Shown one piece after another: positions 10,125 through 20,772 of a stretch of DNA of 54,785 nt. Origin of the DNA: Actinomycetota bacterium (GTDB taxonomy: Bacteria; Actinomycetota; Thermoleophilia; Solirubrobacterales; JACPNS01). The first letter of the stretch is position 1. Each line of letters opens with the position of its first letter. The stretch lies in NCBI GenBank assembly GCA_016219715.1, contig JACRKX010000035.1, positions 1-54,785 of the forward strand, read 5' to 3'. Position numbers and translations under genes: made by a program. Below the pieces are notes generated by a model. That model saw only the letters and a list, made by a program, of their open reading frames with translations, did no database searches and was not told the DNA's origin.

Positions 10125-11140
10125 GCGTAGACGTCGGCGACGAAGTCAGAGAGCTTCGCTGCGGCGTAGCGCACGCTGGCGATCGCGTGCGGGTAGTCCA
10201 TGCGAACGGGTCCGATCACGTTGACCGAGCCGAGATTGCGCGTGTGAGTGCCGTAGTTGGCCCCGACGACGCTGGCGCCGAGCAACTCCGCCGCCTCGTT
10301 CTCGCTGCCGATCCGCAGGTAGACGCCGCGCTCGTTGAGTCGCGCGCGCAGCAGGCGGGTGACGGCCTGGCGCTCTTCGACGGCCGACATCAGCCGATCG
10401 AGCCTCGGTATCGCCTCGTCGCGCGAGCCGGCCACCAGGTGACCCGCACCGCCGACGAACAAAGTCTCGTCGCCGGGAGGCGGCTCGAGGAAGGCTCCGG
10501 AGATCGCCTCGATGAAACTGCGCTCGACCTGACCGAGCTCTGGAGATAGAAGTCGCTGACGAATAGTGCGGGCCCCTAGCGGTAGGCCCTTGAGCACCTC
10601 GTTGAGATACCCGGTCGCCCACTGCACGAGACCCGGGTCGACGGCGCCGCCGAACTCGAACTGTCGCTTCGTCACGTTGCCCGAGGTCGTGATGACAACC
10701 GCGACGACCACATGGGGCTGCAAGCCGATCAACTCGACGCGCAGGATCTCTTCGGTAGAAAGCGGCGGCGCCGAAACCAGCGCCATCAGCTCGGTCGCCT
10801 CGGCGAGGGATTCGGTTGTCTGACGGATCGCGTCGGCTATTTCGCGGCGGTCGAAGCTGAGTTCGATCGGCGGTCGCGCGGGGCGCTCGCCACCGCGGCG
10901 CGCCAGCAGCCCGTCGACGAAGTAGCGGTAGCCGCCTTCGGTCGGCCGGCGCCCGGCCGAGGTGTGCGGCTGCTCGAGCAAACCGTGGCTGACGAGCACC
11001 GCGAATTCGTTGCGAACGGTCGAAGCGGCCCACGGAACATCCGGCCGATCGGCGATCGCGCGCGAACCAACGGGAGCGCCGGAGCGCGTGTACGCGTCGA
11101 CGACGATCCGCAGGATTTGTTCCTGGCGGGAAGTCAGCAT
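10121..11140 (-). CDS. hrcA: Heat-inducible transcription repressor HrcA
   Basis: [34 protein letters not shown] and IGPVRMDY motifs; start at ATG 11140. Confidence 0.95.
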   Translation of the reverse strand: MLTSRQEQILRIVVDAYTRSGAPVGSRAIADRPDVPWAASTVRNEFAVLVSHGLLEQPHTSAGRRPTEGGYRYFVDGLLARRGGERPARPPIELSFDRREIADAIRQTTESLAEATELMALVSAPPLSTEEILRVELIGLQPHVVVAVVITTSGNVTKRQFEFGGAVDPGLVQWATGYLNEVLKGLPLGARTIRQRLLSPELGQVERSFIEAISGAFLEPPPGDETLFVGGAGHLVAGSRDEAIPRLDRLMSAVEERQAVTRLLRARLNERGVYLRIGSENEAAELLGASVVGANYGTHTRNLGSVNVIGPVRMDYPHAIASVRYAAAKLSDFVADVYA

Positions 11141-11167
11141 GCAATGGAGGATAGTTTTGACGCGCCG

Positions 11168-12115
11168 ATGACTGCCCTCGTCCACTTCGACAACGTCTCC
11201 AAGCGCTACGGATCTCGTACCGTGATCGACTCGCTGAGCTTCAGCGTGCGGCCCGGAAGCGTGACCGGACTGCTCGGCCCGAACGGAGCCGGCAAGTCCA
11301 CGGCGATGCGCCTGCTGCTCGGAATCGCACACGCAAACGCCGGGCGCGCCGCGCTGTTCGGCCAGAGTGCGGGCGATCGAGGCTTCCGCGATGCGCTGCA
11401 CCGCTGCGGTGCCCTGATCGAAGAGCCGTCGCTGTATGCCAACGCGAGCGGACGCGCGAATCTCGAAATACAAGCCGCCGCGCTGGGCATCAAGCGCCGC
11501 GACCCGCGGCTCGATCGCATGCTCGAACTCGTCGGCCTCTCCGGCCGCGCAGGCGACAAAACAAAGAAGTACTCGCTGGGCATGCGCCAGCGCCTCGGCT
11601 TGGCGATTGCGCTTCTCAACGATCCAGAGCTGGTGATCCTCGACGAGCCGACTAACGGCCTTGACCCGGCCGGAGTGGTCGAGATCCGCGAACTGATCAA
11701 GTCGCTACCCGCCAGCGGCACCACCGTTCTGGTCAGCTCGCACCTGCTCTCGGAAGTGCAGAAGACCGCCGACCATGTCGTGATCATCGACCGCGGACGG
11801 CTCGTGCGCGACGACACCGTCGATGGACTACTGGCGACCGCCGGCTCAAATGGCGGTTTCGTATTGCGAGTCAACGACAGCCACCGCGCGGCGGCAGTCA
11901 GCGCGCTCGCCGCCAAGGGGCTCACGGCGGACTTCTCGGCCGACGGTTCGATCCTTGTGACGGGCGAGATAACCGCCGGGTCGCAGATCAGTCAGACGCT
12001 GGCTGAGGCCGGCGTATACCTCGACGAGCTGTCGCCACAGTCGGCCGACCTCGAGGCCGTTTTCCTGGGAATGACCGGCACCAGCAGTGGCGACGTTCCA
12101 GGAGGAGCCGCATGA
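11168..12115 (+). CDS. ABC transporter ATP-binding protein (bacitracin/lantibiotic resistance-like)
   Basis: Walker A GPNGAGKS, signature YSLGMRQ, Walker B ILDEP and SSH switch; alternative start at 11144. Confidence 0.92.
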   Translation: MTALVHFDNVSKRYGSRTVIDSLSFSVRPGSVTGLLGPNGAGKSTAMRLLLGIAHANAGRAALFGQSAGDRGFRDALHRCGALIEEPSLYANASGRANLEIQAAALGIKRRDPRLDRMLELVGLSGRAGDKTKKYSLGMRQRLGLAIALLNDPELVILDEPTNGLDPAGVVEIRELIKSLPASGTTVLVSSHLLSEVQKTADHVVIIDRGRLVRDDTVDGLLATAGSNGGFVLRVNDSHRAAAVSALAAKGLTADFSADGSILVTGEITAGSQISQTLAEAGVYLDELSPQSADLEAVFLGMTGTSSGDVPGGAA

Positions 12116-12837
12116 CGCTTGTGGCGGAACTGACCAAGCTGCGCGCGCTGCCGACACCTCGCGTGATCGCCGCCGTCTGCTTCGGCCTGACCTTGCTGGT
12201 CGGACTGATCCTGCTTGGCGTTCAGCCGTCCGACGCCACGGTCTATCGGGATATCGCCACAGGGCCGGCGTCGATCTTCGTGTTCATCGCCTCGATCGTC
12301 TTCGGCGCCTGGGTGTTCGGCGTGGAGTTCGGACAAGGAACGCTGCGGCGAGTGCTGACCGCCGAACCGCGCCGTGGAGTGGTGCTGGCGGCAAAAGCGC
12401 TCGTCGTAGTCTGCGGCGTGGCGGTCTTCGCGGCCGCGCTGATGGCGTTCTCGATCGGGCTGATTGCGCTGGTCGCGTCGGCCAGCGCAGTCGAACTCGA
12501 CATCGGCTACTCGTTCAAGGCGCTTGCCGCGATGACGATCGAGGGCACGCTCTTCGCGCTGCTTGCGAGTGCGTTCACATTGCTGTTTCGTAGTTACGCC
12601 GGCGGCATGATTGCCAGCCTCGCGATGGTCTTCGTGGGCGACGGCCTGATCGGCCTGTGGAGCGCCGTCCGCGACTACACGTTCGGAGCGAGCATCGATT
12701 CGATCGACGCCGCCTTCGACGTAACCGACGCCGACCCGACGTTCGCGCTCATACCGTCGATCTTGATCGCACTCGCCTGGGTTGCCGCGGCCGCGGTGCC
12801 GGGTGTAGTCCGCTTCCTGCGCGGCGACTTCAAGTAG
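12112..12837 (+). CDS. ABC-2 type transporter permease
   Basis: About six hydrophobic segments; EFGQGTLRRVLTAEPRR motif; ATGA overlap with the ATPase gene. Confidence 0.88.
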   Translation: MTLVAELTKLRALPTPRVIAAVCFGLTLLVGLILLGVQPSDATVYRDIATGPASIFVFIASIVFGAWVFGVEFGQGTLRRVLTAEPRRGVVLAAKALVVVCGVAVFAAALMAFSIGLIALVASASAVELDIGYSFKALAAMTIEGTLFALLASAFTLLFRSYAGGMIASLAMVFVGDGLIGLWSAVRDYTFGASIDSIDAAFDVTDADPTFALIPSILIALAWVAAAAVPGVVRFLRGDFK

Positions 12838-12846
12838 CGACCGAAG

Positions 12847-13764
12847 TCAGGCCGCGGCGGCGACTTCCGACTGCACGACGCCGAGCTGTTTGACCAGAAA
12901 CGCCGTCTGGTCCGCCACGGCCCGCTCGAAGGCATCGTCGAAGTAGATGTCGAAGTGGCCGCACGGGTAGATGCGATAGTCGGCGTTGGGCGACTCGCCG
13001 ACGTAGTGCTTCGCGGCCCAGGCCGGCGCGACCGTGTCGGCGTCACAGATACAGACGAGCGTCGGGCACTGCACGTTCTTGAGCTGCTTACCAGGGCGGT
13101 AGCGCGTGATCTGCCAGGAGACTCGCGCCCACACCCACTGTGGGTAGTTCAAGCCCTCGATCAGGCGTTCGACGCCGGGCAACGCGTCGGGCGCGGTCAT
13201 CAGCGCGGGCTGACCGGCGCTGCCGAACAGCAGCACGCGAGCCTTGCGGCCTCCGGTGGCGGCACCGATGGCGTCCATCGTCGCGCGCAGCGAGATCTTC
13301 AGCGAGCTGAGTGGATCGACGGTCAGACCCGAAGCCAGCCCGTCGGTGAACGGACACTGGCTGACGATCGCCTTGAGCTGACGGTCGCGCGCGCCGACGG
13401 CCATCACGTGACCGCCACCGAAGGAACTTCCCCACAGAGCCACGCGCGTGCCGTCGAGGTCTTCGCGGCCGCGCGCGTAGGTCAGGGCGGCGCGGATGTC
13501 GGCATGCTGCATGTCGATGTCGAGCAACTGGCGCGGCTCGCCTTCGCTGTCGCCGAAGCCACGGTAGGTGAAGCTGAGTGCAGCGATGCCTGCCTGCGCG
13601 AACCGCTCCGAGAATTTGTCGAGCGCCATCTCGCGCACGGCGCCGAGGCCGTGGCACAGCACCACGACGGGCGGGTTTTCGACGCCCTCTGGCTTGTAGA
13701 GCCAGCCTGCGCAGCGATCGCCGTGACTGTCGAACGAAACGTCTTCTCGGGTAAAGCCGCTCAC
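12847..13764 (-). CDS. Alpha/beta fold hydrolase
   Basis: CHGLG oxyanion region, GSSFGG nucleophile elbow and GHFD histidine; GGAGG RBS before GTG 13764. Confidence 0.9.
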   Translation of the reverse strand: MSGFTREDVSFDSHGDRCAGWLYKPEGVENPPVVVLCHGLGAVREMALDKFSERFAQAGIAALSFTYRGFGDSEGEPRQLLDIDMQHADIRAALTYARGREDLDGTRVALWGSSFGGGHVMAVGARDRQLKAIVSQCPFTDGLASGLTVDPLSSLKISLRATMDAIGAATGGRKARVLLFGSAGQPALMTAPDALPGVERLIEGLNYPQWVWARVSWQITRYRPGKQLKNVQCPTLVCICDADTVAPAWAAKHYVGESPNADYRIYPCGHFDIYFDDAFERAVADQTAFLVKQLGVVQSEVAAAA

Positions 13765-13883
13765 TTGATGTCCTCCGAAGTTATGAAGCACGCACGCGCC
13801 GGCGACGGGTGCGAGGCTGCGGTCGATTCCATGTCAACGCTATCGCGTGGCGAACGCGCAGGTCGGCCGCGCACCCGCGAAAT

Positions 13884-13996
13884 GGCCGTTTAACAAATAT
13901 GTAGTTCTGGACATTTCTGCGCGGCCATAACGGGCCGGCCGATGTTCTATTCAACATATTTGTTAAACGGTCCAATCGCGCCTTTGTTAAACGGCC
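13884..13996. repeat. AT-rich inverted-repeat element (perfect 17-bp arms plus a third partial copy)
   Basis: CCGTTTAACAAATATGT (13886-13902) pairs with ACATATTTGTTAAACGG (13954-13970); extra TTTGTTAAACGGCC at 13983-13996. Confidence 0.75.
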
Positions 13997-14070
13997 GAAT
14001 AGCGCCCCACCCGGCGATCAGATCGCGTCAGGACGCCACCCATTCAAAGTGCCCGGCACGGCTCTACGGC

Positions 14071-14105
14071 AAAACAAAGGCCGCCGCGATCGCTCGCGAC
14101 GGCCT
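14071..14105 (-). terminator. Rho-independent terminator of the MaoC pair
   Basis: AGGCCG-c-CGCGA...TCGCG-a-CGGCCT stem followed by a T-rich tract (TTGTTTT) on the minus strand. Confidence 0.65.
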
Positions 14106-14138
14106 GTACTTCTGAAAAGCCGCTCTGCGGCCGAGCGC

Positions 14139-14531
14139 TCAGGCGCTCGCGATCACGGCGACGCTGTTGCGAATGATGCGGTTCTCGCCCTGCGCCGCCT
14201 CGAGCGCGAGCGTGATGTGCTCGCCCTCTTCGCCGGTGACTTCGCCGGTGACGATGACCTCCTGCTCGGGCTGACCCATGCCACGGAACTGCGCGCTGAG
14301 CTTCTTGACCCTGGTCGGGTCGTTGCCGGCGGCCTGAATCGCGGCACGCTGAACCTGCGCCATCGACCAGAGGCCGTGCAGGATCGTGTTCGGCAGCCCG
14401 ACCATCTCGGCGAACTCCTTGTCGATGTGGATCGGGTTGAAGTCGCCCGACGCGCCGGCGTAGCGATGCGGCAGGTACTTGTCCGGAGTCACACGGACCT
14501 CTTCGATCTTTTCTCCGATTGTGAATCCCAT
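14139..14531 (-). CDS. MaoC-like dehydratase (HadB-like, catalytic)
   Basis: Hydratase-2 motif YAGASGDFNPIH and ILHG. Confidence 0.9.
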   Translation of the reverse strand: MGFTIGEKIEEVRVTPDKYLPHRYAGASGDFNPIHIDKEFAEMVGLPNTILHGLWSMAQVQRAAIQAAGNDPTRVKKLSAQFRGMGQPEQEVIVTGEVTGEEGEHITLALEAAQGENRIIRNSVAVIASA

Positions 14532-14534
14532 GAT

Positions 14535-14975
14535 CTAGACACCCCTCACGATGCAGGTCCAGTCGGCCGTGCAGACGGGCTCGCCGTCCTGGTTGACCGA
14601 CTCTGTGGTGTACACGTAAAAGCCTTTGCCGGCGTTCTCCTCGATCGACTTGACCGAGGCCGTGGTCGTGATGCGGTCGCCGGCCACGACGGGCTTGTGG
14701 AACGTGAAGTCCTGGGCGCCGTGCACCATCATCGCGAAGTTCATACCCACCTCGGGGTCGAACATCGCCGGGACGGCTGCCTTGCTGCTGAATACCACCG
14801 CGAACATCGGCGGCGCGACGAGGCCGGGGTAACCGGCGGCCTTGGCGGCCTCTTCGTCGTTGGAAAGCGGATTGTCATCGAAGGTCGCCGCCGTGTATTC
14901 ACGGATCTTCTCGGTGCCCACGACGTACTCGACGGGCTCGTACTTCTTGCCCACCGCATCGGTCTTGATTGCCAC
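14535..14975 (-). CDS. MaoC dehydratase N-terminal/HadA-like hot-dog protein
   Basis: EKIREY...DDNP, APPMF and VHGAQDF..HKPVVAGD pattern; adjacent to the HadB-like gene. Confidence 0.88.
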   Translation of the reverse strand: MAIKTDAVGKKYEPVEYVVGTEKIREYTAATFDDNPLSNDEEAAKAAGYPGLVAPPMFAVVFSSKAAVPAMFDPEVGMNFAMMVHGAQDFTFHKPVVAGDRITTTASVKSIEENAGKGFYVYTTESVNQDGEPVCTADWTCIVRGV

Positions 14976-15074
14976 TTCGCGAACTCCTTGGTTGTGGAGG
15001 AGGATTGCCCGCCGCGCGCCCAGCCCAGTCGATCAACCGGCTGAACGCGCGACAAGTGAAATGCGGTCGCGAGT

Positions 15075-15740
15075 CTACTGCGCGGGCGGTGCCGGCGGCT
15101 CGGGCGGCGCCGGTGGCGCCGGTGGCGGCGGCACGTCGCCGGCGGGCGGCGGCGGCGCGACGGGAGCTTCAGGGATGACACCCGGCGCCGGCGAAGGCTG
15201 ACCGGCCGGCGGCATCGGCTGGAATGCGGGCTGCTGAGCGTTTGCCGGAATACCCGCCGGAGCGCGACCGGAGTCGATGTTCCACACCTTGTTCAGTCCG
15301 TCCTGCTGGTACGCATAGGCGAGCGGCGGGATCAGCACGTAACCCAACACCACGATCCAACCGTTCATCTGATCGCCCGGGTACACGCCGACGACCTGCT
15401 GTGCGAGCTTCATGCGCTTGTACGTATTGATGTACGAGATGATCGCCGGCACGATGATCAGCGAGCCGAGCGTAATCGCCACGAGCGAGGTTCCCGGGCT
15501 GTCACCGAGACCCTGGACCTGGCGCTTTCGGCCAAGGTCTCTCATCTCACGATTGACCTTGTAATACCAGACGAGAAAATAGATGCCGAAGGTGATGAGC
15601 GGCAGCAGCGCCACTCCCCAGAGGGATCGGATCTTCGCTTCTTCGGGTCCGCCGGAAATCGGTACAGGCTCAGCCACGGTCAGCTCGCTTTCGGATTGAT
15701 TGACGCTCAACTCGAAAACTAACGGACTCGATCGACGCAT
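15075..15740 (-). CDS. DUF4234-like membrane protein with Pro-rich C-terminal tail (start may be near 15678)
   Basis: [18 protein letters not shown] and Q..LN.VW motifs; three TM segments. Confidence 0.75.
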   Translation of the reverse strand: MRRSSPLVFELSVNQSESELTVAEPVPISGGPEEAKIRSLWGVALLPLITFGIYFLVWYYKVNREMRDLGRKRQVQGLGDSPGTSLVAITLGSLIIVPAIISYINTYKRMKLAQQVVGVYPGDQMNGWIVVLGYVLIPPLAYAYQQDGLNKVWNIDSGRAPAGIPANAQQPAFQPMPPAGQPSPAPGVIPEAPVAPPPPAGDVPPPPAPPAPPEPPAPPAQ

Positions 15741-15749
15741 GCGTTTGGG

Positions 15750-17527
15750 TTAGTCGTTCCCGTCCCCGTCGAGCTGAAGCACCGCCAGGAACGCCTCCTG
15801 CGGCACCTCTACGCGGCCGACCTGCTTCATCCGCTTCTTGCCCTTCTTCTGGTTCTCGAGCAGCTTGCGCTTACGCGAGATGTCGCCGCCGTAACACTTG
15901 GCGGTGACGTCTTTGCGGACGGCCTTGACGGTTTCGCGGGCGACGATCGAGGCGGGATGCGCTCGCGTAGGCGCTCGGTGAGCATGCGGCCGGCCGGGTA
16001 GGCCTTGTCCTTGTGCACGATCATCGAGAGCGCGTCCACGGGATCGCCGGCGAGCAGGATGTCAAGCCGCACGAGGTCGCTCGCGCGCATGCCGCTGACC
16101 TCGTAGTCGAAGCTGGCGTAGCCCTTGCTGCGGCTCTTGAGCTGATCGAAGAAGTCGAGCACGATTTCGGCGAGCGGCAGGTCGTAGGTGATCTGCACGC
16201 GCTGTTCGCTGATGTAGTGCATGTCGACGTGAACGCCGCGGCGCTCCTGACAGAGCTCCATCACTGCGCCGACGTACTCGCGCGGCGTGAGGATCGTCGC
16301 GCGGATGAACGGTTCCCGGATCTCCTCGATCAGCACCCGCTCGGGCATGTCCGAGGGCGAGTTGACCTTCATCTCCTCGGCGTTCGTCAGCGTGACCTCG
16401 TAGCGCACGTTCGGCGGCGTGGCCAGCAGCTCAAGGTCGTACTCGCGTTCGAGCCGCTCGCGCACGATGTCCATGTGCAGCAAGCCAAGGAATCCGCAGC
16501 GGAAGCCGAAGCCGAGCGCGCGGCTGGTCTCCGGCTCGTAAGACAGAGCCGCGTCGTTGAGCTTCAGCTTCTCGAGCGCGTCACGCAGGTCTTCGAAATC
16601 GTCGGTGCTGACCGGGAAGAGGCCGCAGAAGACCATTGGCTGCACCTCGCGATAGCCGGGCAGCGGCTCGGCGGCATGATTGGCCTCGGTCGTGATCGTG
16701 TCACCGACGCGCAGCTTCGCCACGTCTTTGATGCCGGTGATGATGTAGCCGACCTCGCCGGCGCTCAAGCCGCCGACGCTGGTCATCTTCGGACCGAAGT
16801 AACCGATGTCGTCGATCTCGGCCTTGGTCGGCGTCTGGAAGGTCTTGATCGAGTCGCCCTTCTTGAACTCGCCGTCGACGACTCGCACGTAGGCGATCAC
16901 GCCGCGATACTGGTCGAACTCGCTGTCGAAGATCAGCGCGCGCGGAGGCTTCGACGCGTCGGCCTCGGGCGGCGGGATCTTCTTCACGATCGCCTCGAGC
17001 ATTTCGTGCACTCCCTCGCCGGTCTTCGCGCTCATCCGCAATACGCCGTCGGCCGGCTCGCCGAGCAGCTCTTCGATCTCGCCGGCGACGCGCTCGGGTT
17101 CGGCGGAAGGCAGGTCGATCTTGTTCATCGCCGGGATCAGCTCGAGGCCGCCGTCGACGGCGAGGTAGGTGTTGGCAAGCGTCTGCGCCTCGACACCCTG
17201 CGCCGCGTCGACCACCAGCAACGCACCCTCGCACGCGGCAAGGCTGCGCGAAACCTCGTACGTGAAGTCGACATGGCCTGGCGTGTCGATCAGGTGGAAC
17301 TGGTAGGTCTCGCCATCATCGGCCTGGTAGTAGACCCGCACCGCCTGGGCCTTGATCGTGATCCCGCGCTCACGCTCGAGATCCATGCTGTCGAGCAACT
17401 GCGCCTTCATGAACTTCGGGTCGACGGTGTGCGTCACCTCGAGGATGCGGTCGGCCAACGTCGACTTGCCGTGGTCGATGTGGGCGATGATCGAGAAGTT
17501 GCGGATTCGTTCCGGAGGGATCTGCAT
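15750..17527 (-). CDS. lepA: Translation elongation factor 4 (LepA), frameshifted by an apparent ~40-nt deletion near 15950
   Basis: [17 protein letters not shown] and GFLGLLH motifs. The conserved C-terminus [30 protein letters not shown] continues in another frame to TAA at 15750. Confidence 0.93.
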
Positions 17528-17576
17528 GGGCCGCTGATTATGACGGCGACCACTCTGACCTCTGCCGAACGCGGAG

Positions 17577-19379
17577 TCAGCCGCGCTTCAGGCGCCCGGC
17601 GATCAGGCCGGTTATCTGGCGGGCTTCGGGGATGCGCATTACATAAACAGCAGCGAAGTACGCCGCCGCCCCGGCGGTCAGGCCCGCTGTCAGTGAGACG
17701 ACCTGCGCCCAGATCTCACGGCCGAGCGCATCGTCGAACACGTACCAGACTCCGTATGAGAGGACCGCGAGCAGCGCCGACGCGACAATCATCTTCGCGA
17801 TGGCGATCGCGGTCCGCTGCCCTTCGATTCCACCGAGCGGACCGCGCAGGTAGAGCGCCTGGGTGAGCGCCATCGCGACGGTCGCGACGCCGGTGGCCGC
17901 GACGATGCCCGCGACGCCGTAGGGCTCGTAGAGCAGATATGCGAGCACCGCGTTGATCACGAGGTTGCCGACCGAGATCGCGGTCGTCACCCACGGCCGC
18001 TTGAGGGCGAAGAACGTGCGGGCGAACATCAGGTTGGCTCCGCTGAAGGGCAGACTGAACGAGAACCAGATCAACGCTTCGGCGACGAGGTCGGTCGCCT
18101 CGGCGTCGAACGCGCCGCGCTGGTAGATCAGCCGCACGATCGGCACTGCCAGCACGGCGCTGGCGACTGCGGCCGGCACCAGCAGCATGAAGACCTGGCG
18201 TACGCCGTTGGCCATCGTCGAACGCAGGTTCTCGATGTCGCCGCGCGCGGCGAAGCGCGACATCGTCGGGAACAGGATCGTTGCGATCGCCACGCTGAAC
18301 ATGCCCTGCGGCAGCATGAACACGCGGAAAGCCTTGTCGATCGCCGCGGGCGCGCTCTCGCTGACGAACGAGCCGAAGAAGTTGTTGATCGTCAAGTTGA
18401 AGTTGATCAATCCGAGCGCGATCGTGACCGGCAGCATCAGCAACAGCACCCGCTTGACGTTGGGATCGCGCCAGTCGAATGCGCGGCCGAAGCCCTCGCC
18501 ACTCGCCTTCTTCCGCACCAGCGGTAACGGCATCAGCATCTGTACCACCGTTCCGAGCAGCACGCCGATCGCGTAGGCGTAGATCTGCGTGTCCTCGGGA
18601 AAGACCGGCACCAGCCCGACGATCGCGGCGATGATCACGATGTTCCAGAACAGCGGCGCGATAGCCGGGATCTCGAAGTGGTCGAAGGAGTTGAGGATGC
18701 CGACAAAGAGGCCGGTCAGGCCGAGCAGCACGACGATCGGGAACAGCACCTGCGAGAGCCCGACGGTGAGGTCCGTCAGCTCGGAATCGAACCCCTTCGC
18801 AAAGACCGGCATGATCCATGGCGCCAGCAGAATGAACAGGCTGGTGACAGCTCCGAGGACGATCAGGATCACGTAGAACATCGTGCTCGCCAGGCGGAAT
18901 GCCTCACGGCGCCGGCCCTGTTCGAGCATCTCGGTGAAAACGGGCACGAACGCGGCTTGCAGGGCGGCGTCGGCGAATAGCGCGCGAATCAGATTCGGCA
19001 CGTTGAAGGCGATTGTGAACGCCGAAGCGGCACCCGAGACGCCGAAGTAGCGTGCTGCGACGATCTCGCGGATCAGGCCGGCAACCCGCGAGAGACCGGT
19101 CGCGATCGAGAAGAACGCCGCGCTGAAGGCCAAGCGGCGGGCGGGCGCGTCGTGGCCGGGCTCGCCGGCCGGGATCTCGTCGCCGGCGTGAGGTTCGCTG
19201 TGCGCCGCGCCGGGCAGCGGTCCTTCGCCCGCCAGCGGGTCGTCGCCCGCGCCCGTGGGTTGCCACGCGGCGGCGTTCGGGGCGAGGTTCTCTGCACCCT
19301 CCGCCTCCGCTTCGCGGGTGCGATCCTGCTTGTCGTCTGAAGATTCGATCTGGCGCCCTCTACACTCTGCGGCCTGCAC
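17577..19379 (-). CDS. murJ: Lipid II flippase MurJ (MviN); start uncertain
   Basis: SRVAGLIRE...[14 protein letters not shown] and RGAFD motifs; many TM segments. Confidence 0.93.
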   Translation of the reverse strand: MQAAECRGRQIESSDDKQDRTREAEAEGAENLAPNAAAWQPTGAGDDPLAGEGPLPGAAHSEPHAGDEIPAGEPGHDAPARRLAFSAAFFSIATGLSRVAGLIREIVAARYFGVSGAASAFTIAFNVPNLIRALFADAALQAAFVPVFTEMLEQGRRREAFRLASTMFYVILIVLGAVTSLFILLAPWIMPVFAKGFDSELTDLTVGLSQVLFPIVVLLGLTGLFVGILNSFDHFEIPAIAPLFWNIVIIAAIVGLVPVFPEDTQIYAYAIGVLLGTVVQMLMPLPLVRKKASGEGFGRAFDWRDPNVKRVLLLMLPVTIALGLINFNLTINNFFGSFVSESAPAAIDKAFRVFMLPQGMFSVAIATILFPTMSRFAARGDIENLRSTMANGVRQVFMLLVPAAVASAVLAVPIVRLIYQRGAFDAEATDLVAEALIWFSFSLPFSGANLMFARTFFALKRPWVTTAISVGNLVINAVLAYLLYEPYGVAGIVAATGVATVAMALTQALYLRGPLGGIEGQRTAIAIAKMIVASALLAVLSYGVWYVFDDALGREIWAQVVSLTAGLTAGAAAYFAAVYVMRIPEARQITGLIAGRLKRG

Positions 19380-19417
19380 GGCGTTCTCAACTGGATTCGC
19401 CGCGCAAGCCTAAACAC

Positions 19418-19675
19418 ATGGCAAACATCAAGTCACAGCAAAAACGCATTCTTCGCGCAGAGCGCGAGCGCGACGAGAACCGCCGCTACACGTCGGCGAT
19501 CAAGACCTACTTCCGTCGCCTCGAAGCCGCCACCGACGCCGAGACCGCCGACGCCGAGCTCAAGACGCTCACGTCGAAGATCGACAAGGCCATCAAGCGT
19601 GGCGCGCTACACAGGAACAACGGCGCTCGCAAGAAGGCCCGCGCCGCTCGCATCCGCGCGCGCGTCGGCGCCTAG
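19418..19675 (+). CDS. rpsT: 30S ribosomal protein S20
   Basis: MANIKSQQKR...IDKA...LHRNNGARKK. Confidence 0.97.
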   Translation: MANIKSQQKRILRAERERDENRRYTSAIKTYFRRLEAATDAETADAELKTLTSKIDKAIKRGALHRNNGARKKARAARIRARVGA

Positions 19676-19702
19676 CGCCCGCGGCCGTAGCCGCCGTACT
19701 CG

Positions 19703-19728
19703 CACCGGCCATCGCGGCCGGTGTTTTT
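19703..19728 (+). terminator. Rho-independent terminator after rpsT
   Basis: CACCGGCC-atcgc-GGCCGGTG followed by TTTTT. Confidence 0.8.
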
Positions 19729-19736
19729 GTGCGCCC

Positions 19737-20729
19737 TCAGCCAGAGATCGCCGCGACCGTGGTCAGCAGCTCGGTCTGCGGATCCAGCGCGCTGCCGCCC
19801 TTCACAGCGCTGTCGAGCCGGGCGATCTTGACGAGCGCCGCTCGCAACGCAGGCCCGCCGCGCCGCGAGGCCTGGTCTTTGATCTTGTTGACCAGCCACG
19901 GCTGCATCTTCAGCGTCTCGGCGATCTCGCCGCCCCGTCCGCTCTCGACGAGCGCAGCGACCGATTGGGCCTGACCGAACGAGCGGGCGAGCATCGCGAC
20001 GATTCGCGGCGGCGGCTCGCCGGCCGCAAGCAGTTGCTCTGTGATGCGGATCGCGCGGTCGCGATCGCCTCCGACGGCCGCATCGGTCAGTGCGAAGATT
20101 TCCGAGGTGGCCTCGCCGCTGCCGCAGAGCTCGACGTCTTCAACTGCGATCGCCTGGCCGGGCCCGACCATCAGCGCCAGTTTCTGAAGCTCGCTGAGCA
20201 ACCGGCGCTTCGGGCTGTAGCGCCGCGACGCGGTCGCCTGCTTGGCGGGCTCGCCGGTCAGCTCGATCATTAACTGCGCCGCGCGCGGTTCGAGCGTGAC
20301 GCCAAGCTGTTCGGCCTGCTGCTGTAACCATCCCGGCATCTCCCTGGGCGACGGCGGCTTGAATTCGCGCAGCTCTCCCCCGACCGCCGCGACCGCCCCG
20401 TCGATCGCCTTCAGCGGCTTCTTGCGGCAGATCAGCACCGCGGTTACGTCCATGCCCGCCTGCCCGAGCTGCTCAAGCGCGTCGACGGCCGGACCGACGT
20501 CGGCCGCGCGCCAGTTCTCGACGCCGTCGGCAAGCACGATTCGGTGACCGGGCAGCAGGCTCGGTGACGTGAGTGCAGTCGCGAAACTCTGCGGCGTGCA
20601 GGCATCGCCCGACAGCACCTCGAGCATCGCGCCGTCGGACTCGGCGCGCGCGGCGAGACGCTTCCTGGCCTGGTCGATCTTCACCTCGTCGTCGCCGGTG
20701 AACAGGTATGCGGCTTTCAGGTCGGCCAT
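19737..20729 (-). CDS. holA: DNA polymerase III delta subunit
   Basis: AYLFTGDD, SELQKLAL, IFALTDA and D..VKGG motifs; comEC-holA-rpsT synteny. Confidence 0.9.
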   Translation of the reverse strand: MADLKAAYLFTGDDEVKIDQARKRLAARAESDGAMLEVLSGDACTPQSFATALTSPSLLPGHRIVLADGVENWRAADVGPAVDALEQLGQAGMDVTAVLICRKKPLKAIDGAVAAVGGELREFKPPSPREMPGWLQQQAEQLGVTLEPRAAQLMIELTGEPAKQATASRRYSPKRRLLSELQKLALMVGPGQAIAVEDVELCGSGEATSEIFALTDAAVGGDRDRAIRITEQLLAAGEPPPRIVAMLARSFGQAQSVAALVESGRGGEIAETLKMQPWLVNKIKDQASRRGGPALRAALVKIARLDSAVKGGSALDPQTELLTTVAAISG

Positions 20730-20772
20730 CGTCGAAACGTTAGGCGACGGCGCGGCGCTCGAGAACCGTGCG

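Noticed and set aside
13941-13968. Chromosomal dif site
   Set aside because: Only the XerD-like arm is partly similar, there is no convincing XerC arm, and the sequence is part of a three-copy repeat.
15075-15215. GC-rich short tandem repeats
   Set aside because: They encode the Pro/Ala-rich tail of the membrane protein.
15940-15960. Programmed ribosomal frameshift in lepA
   Set aside because: Conserved residues are physically missing and there is no slippery sequence.
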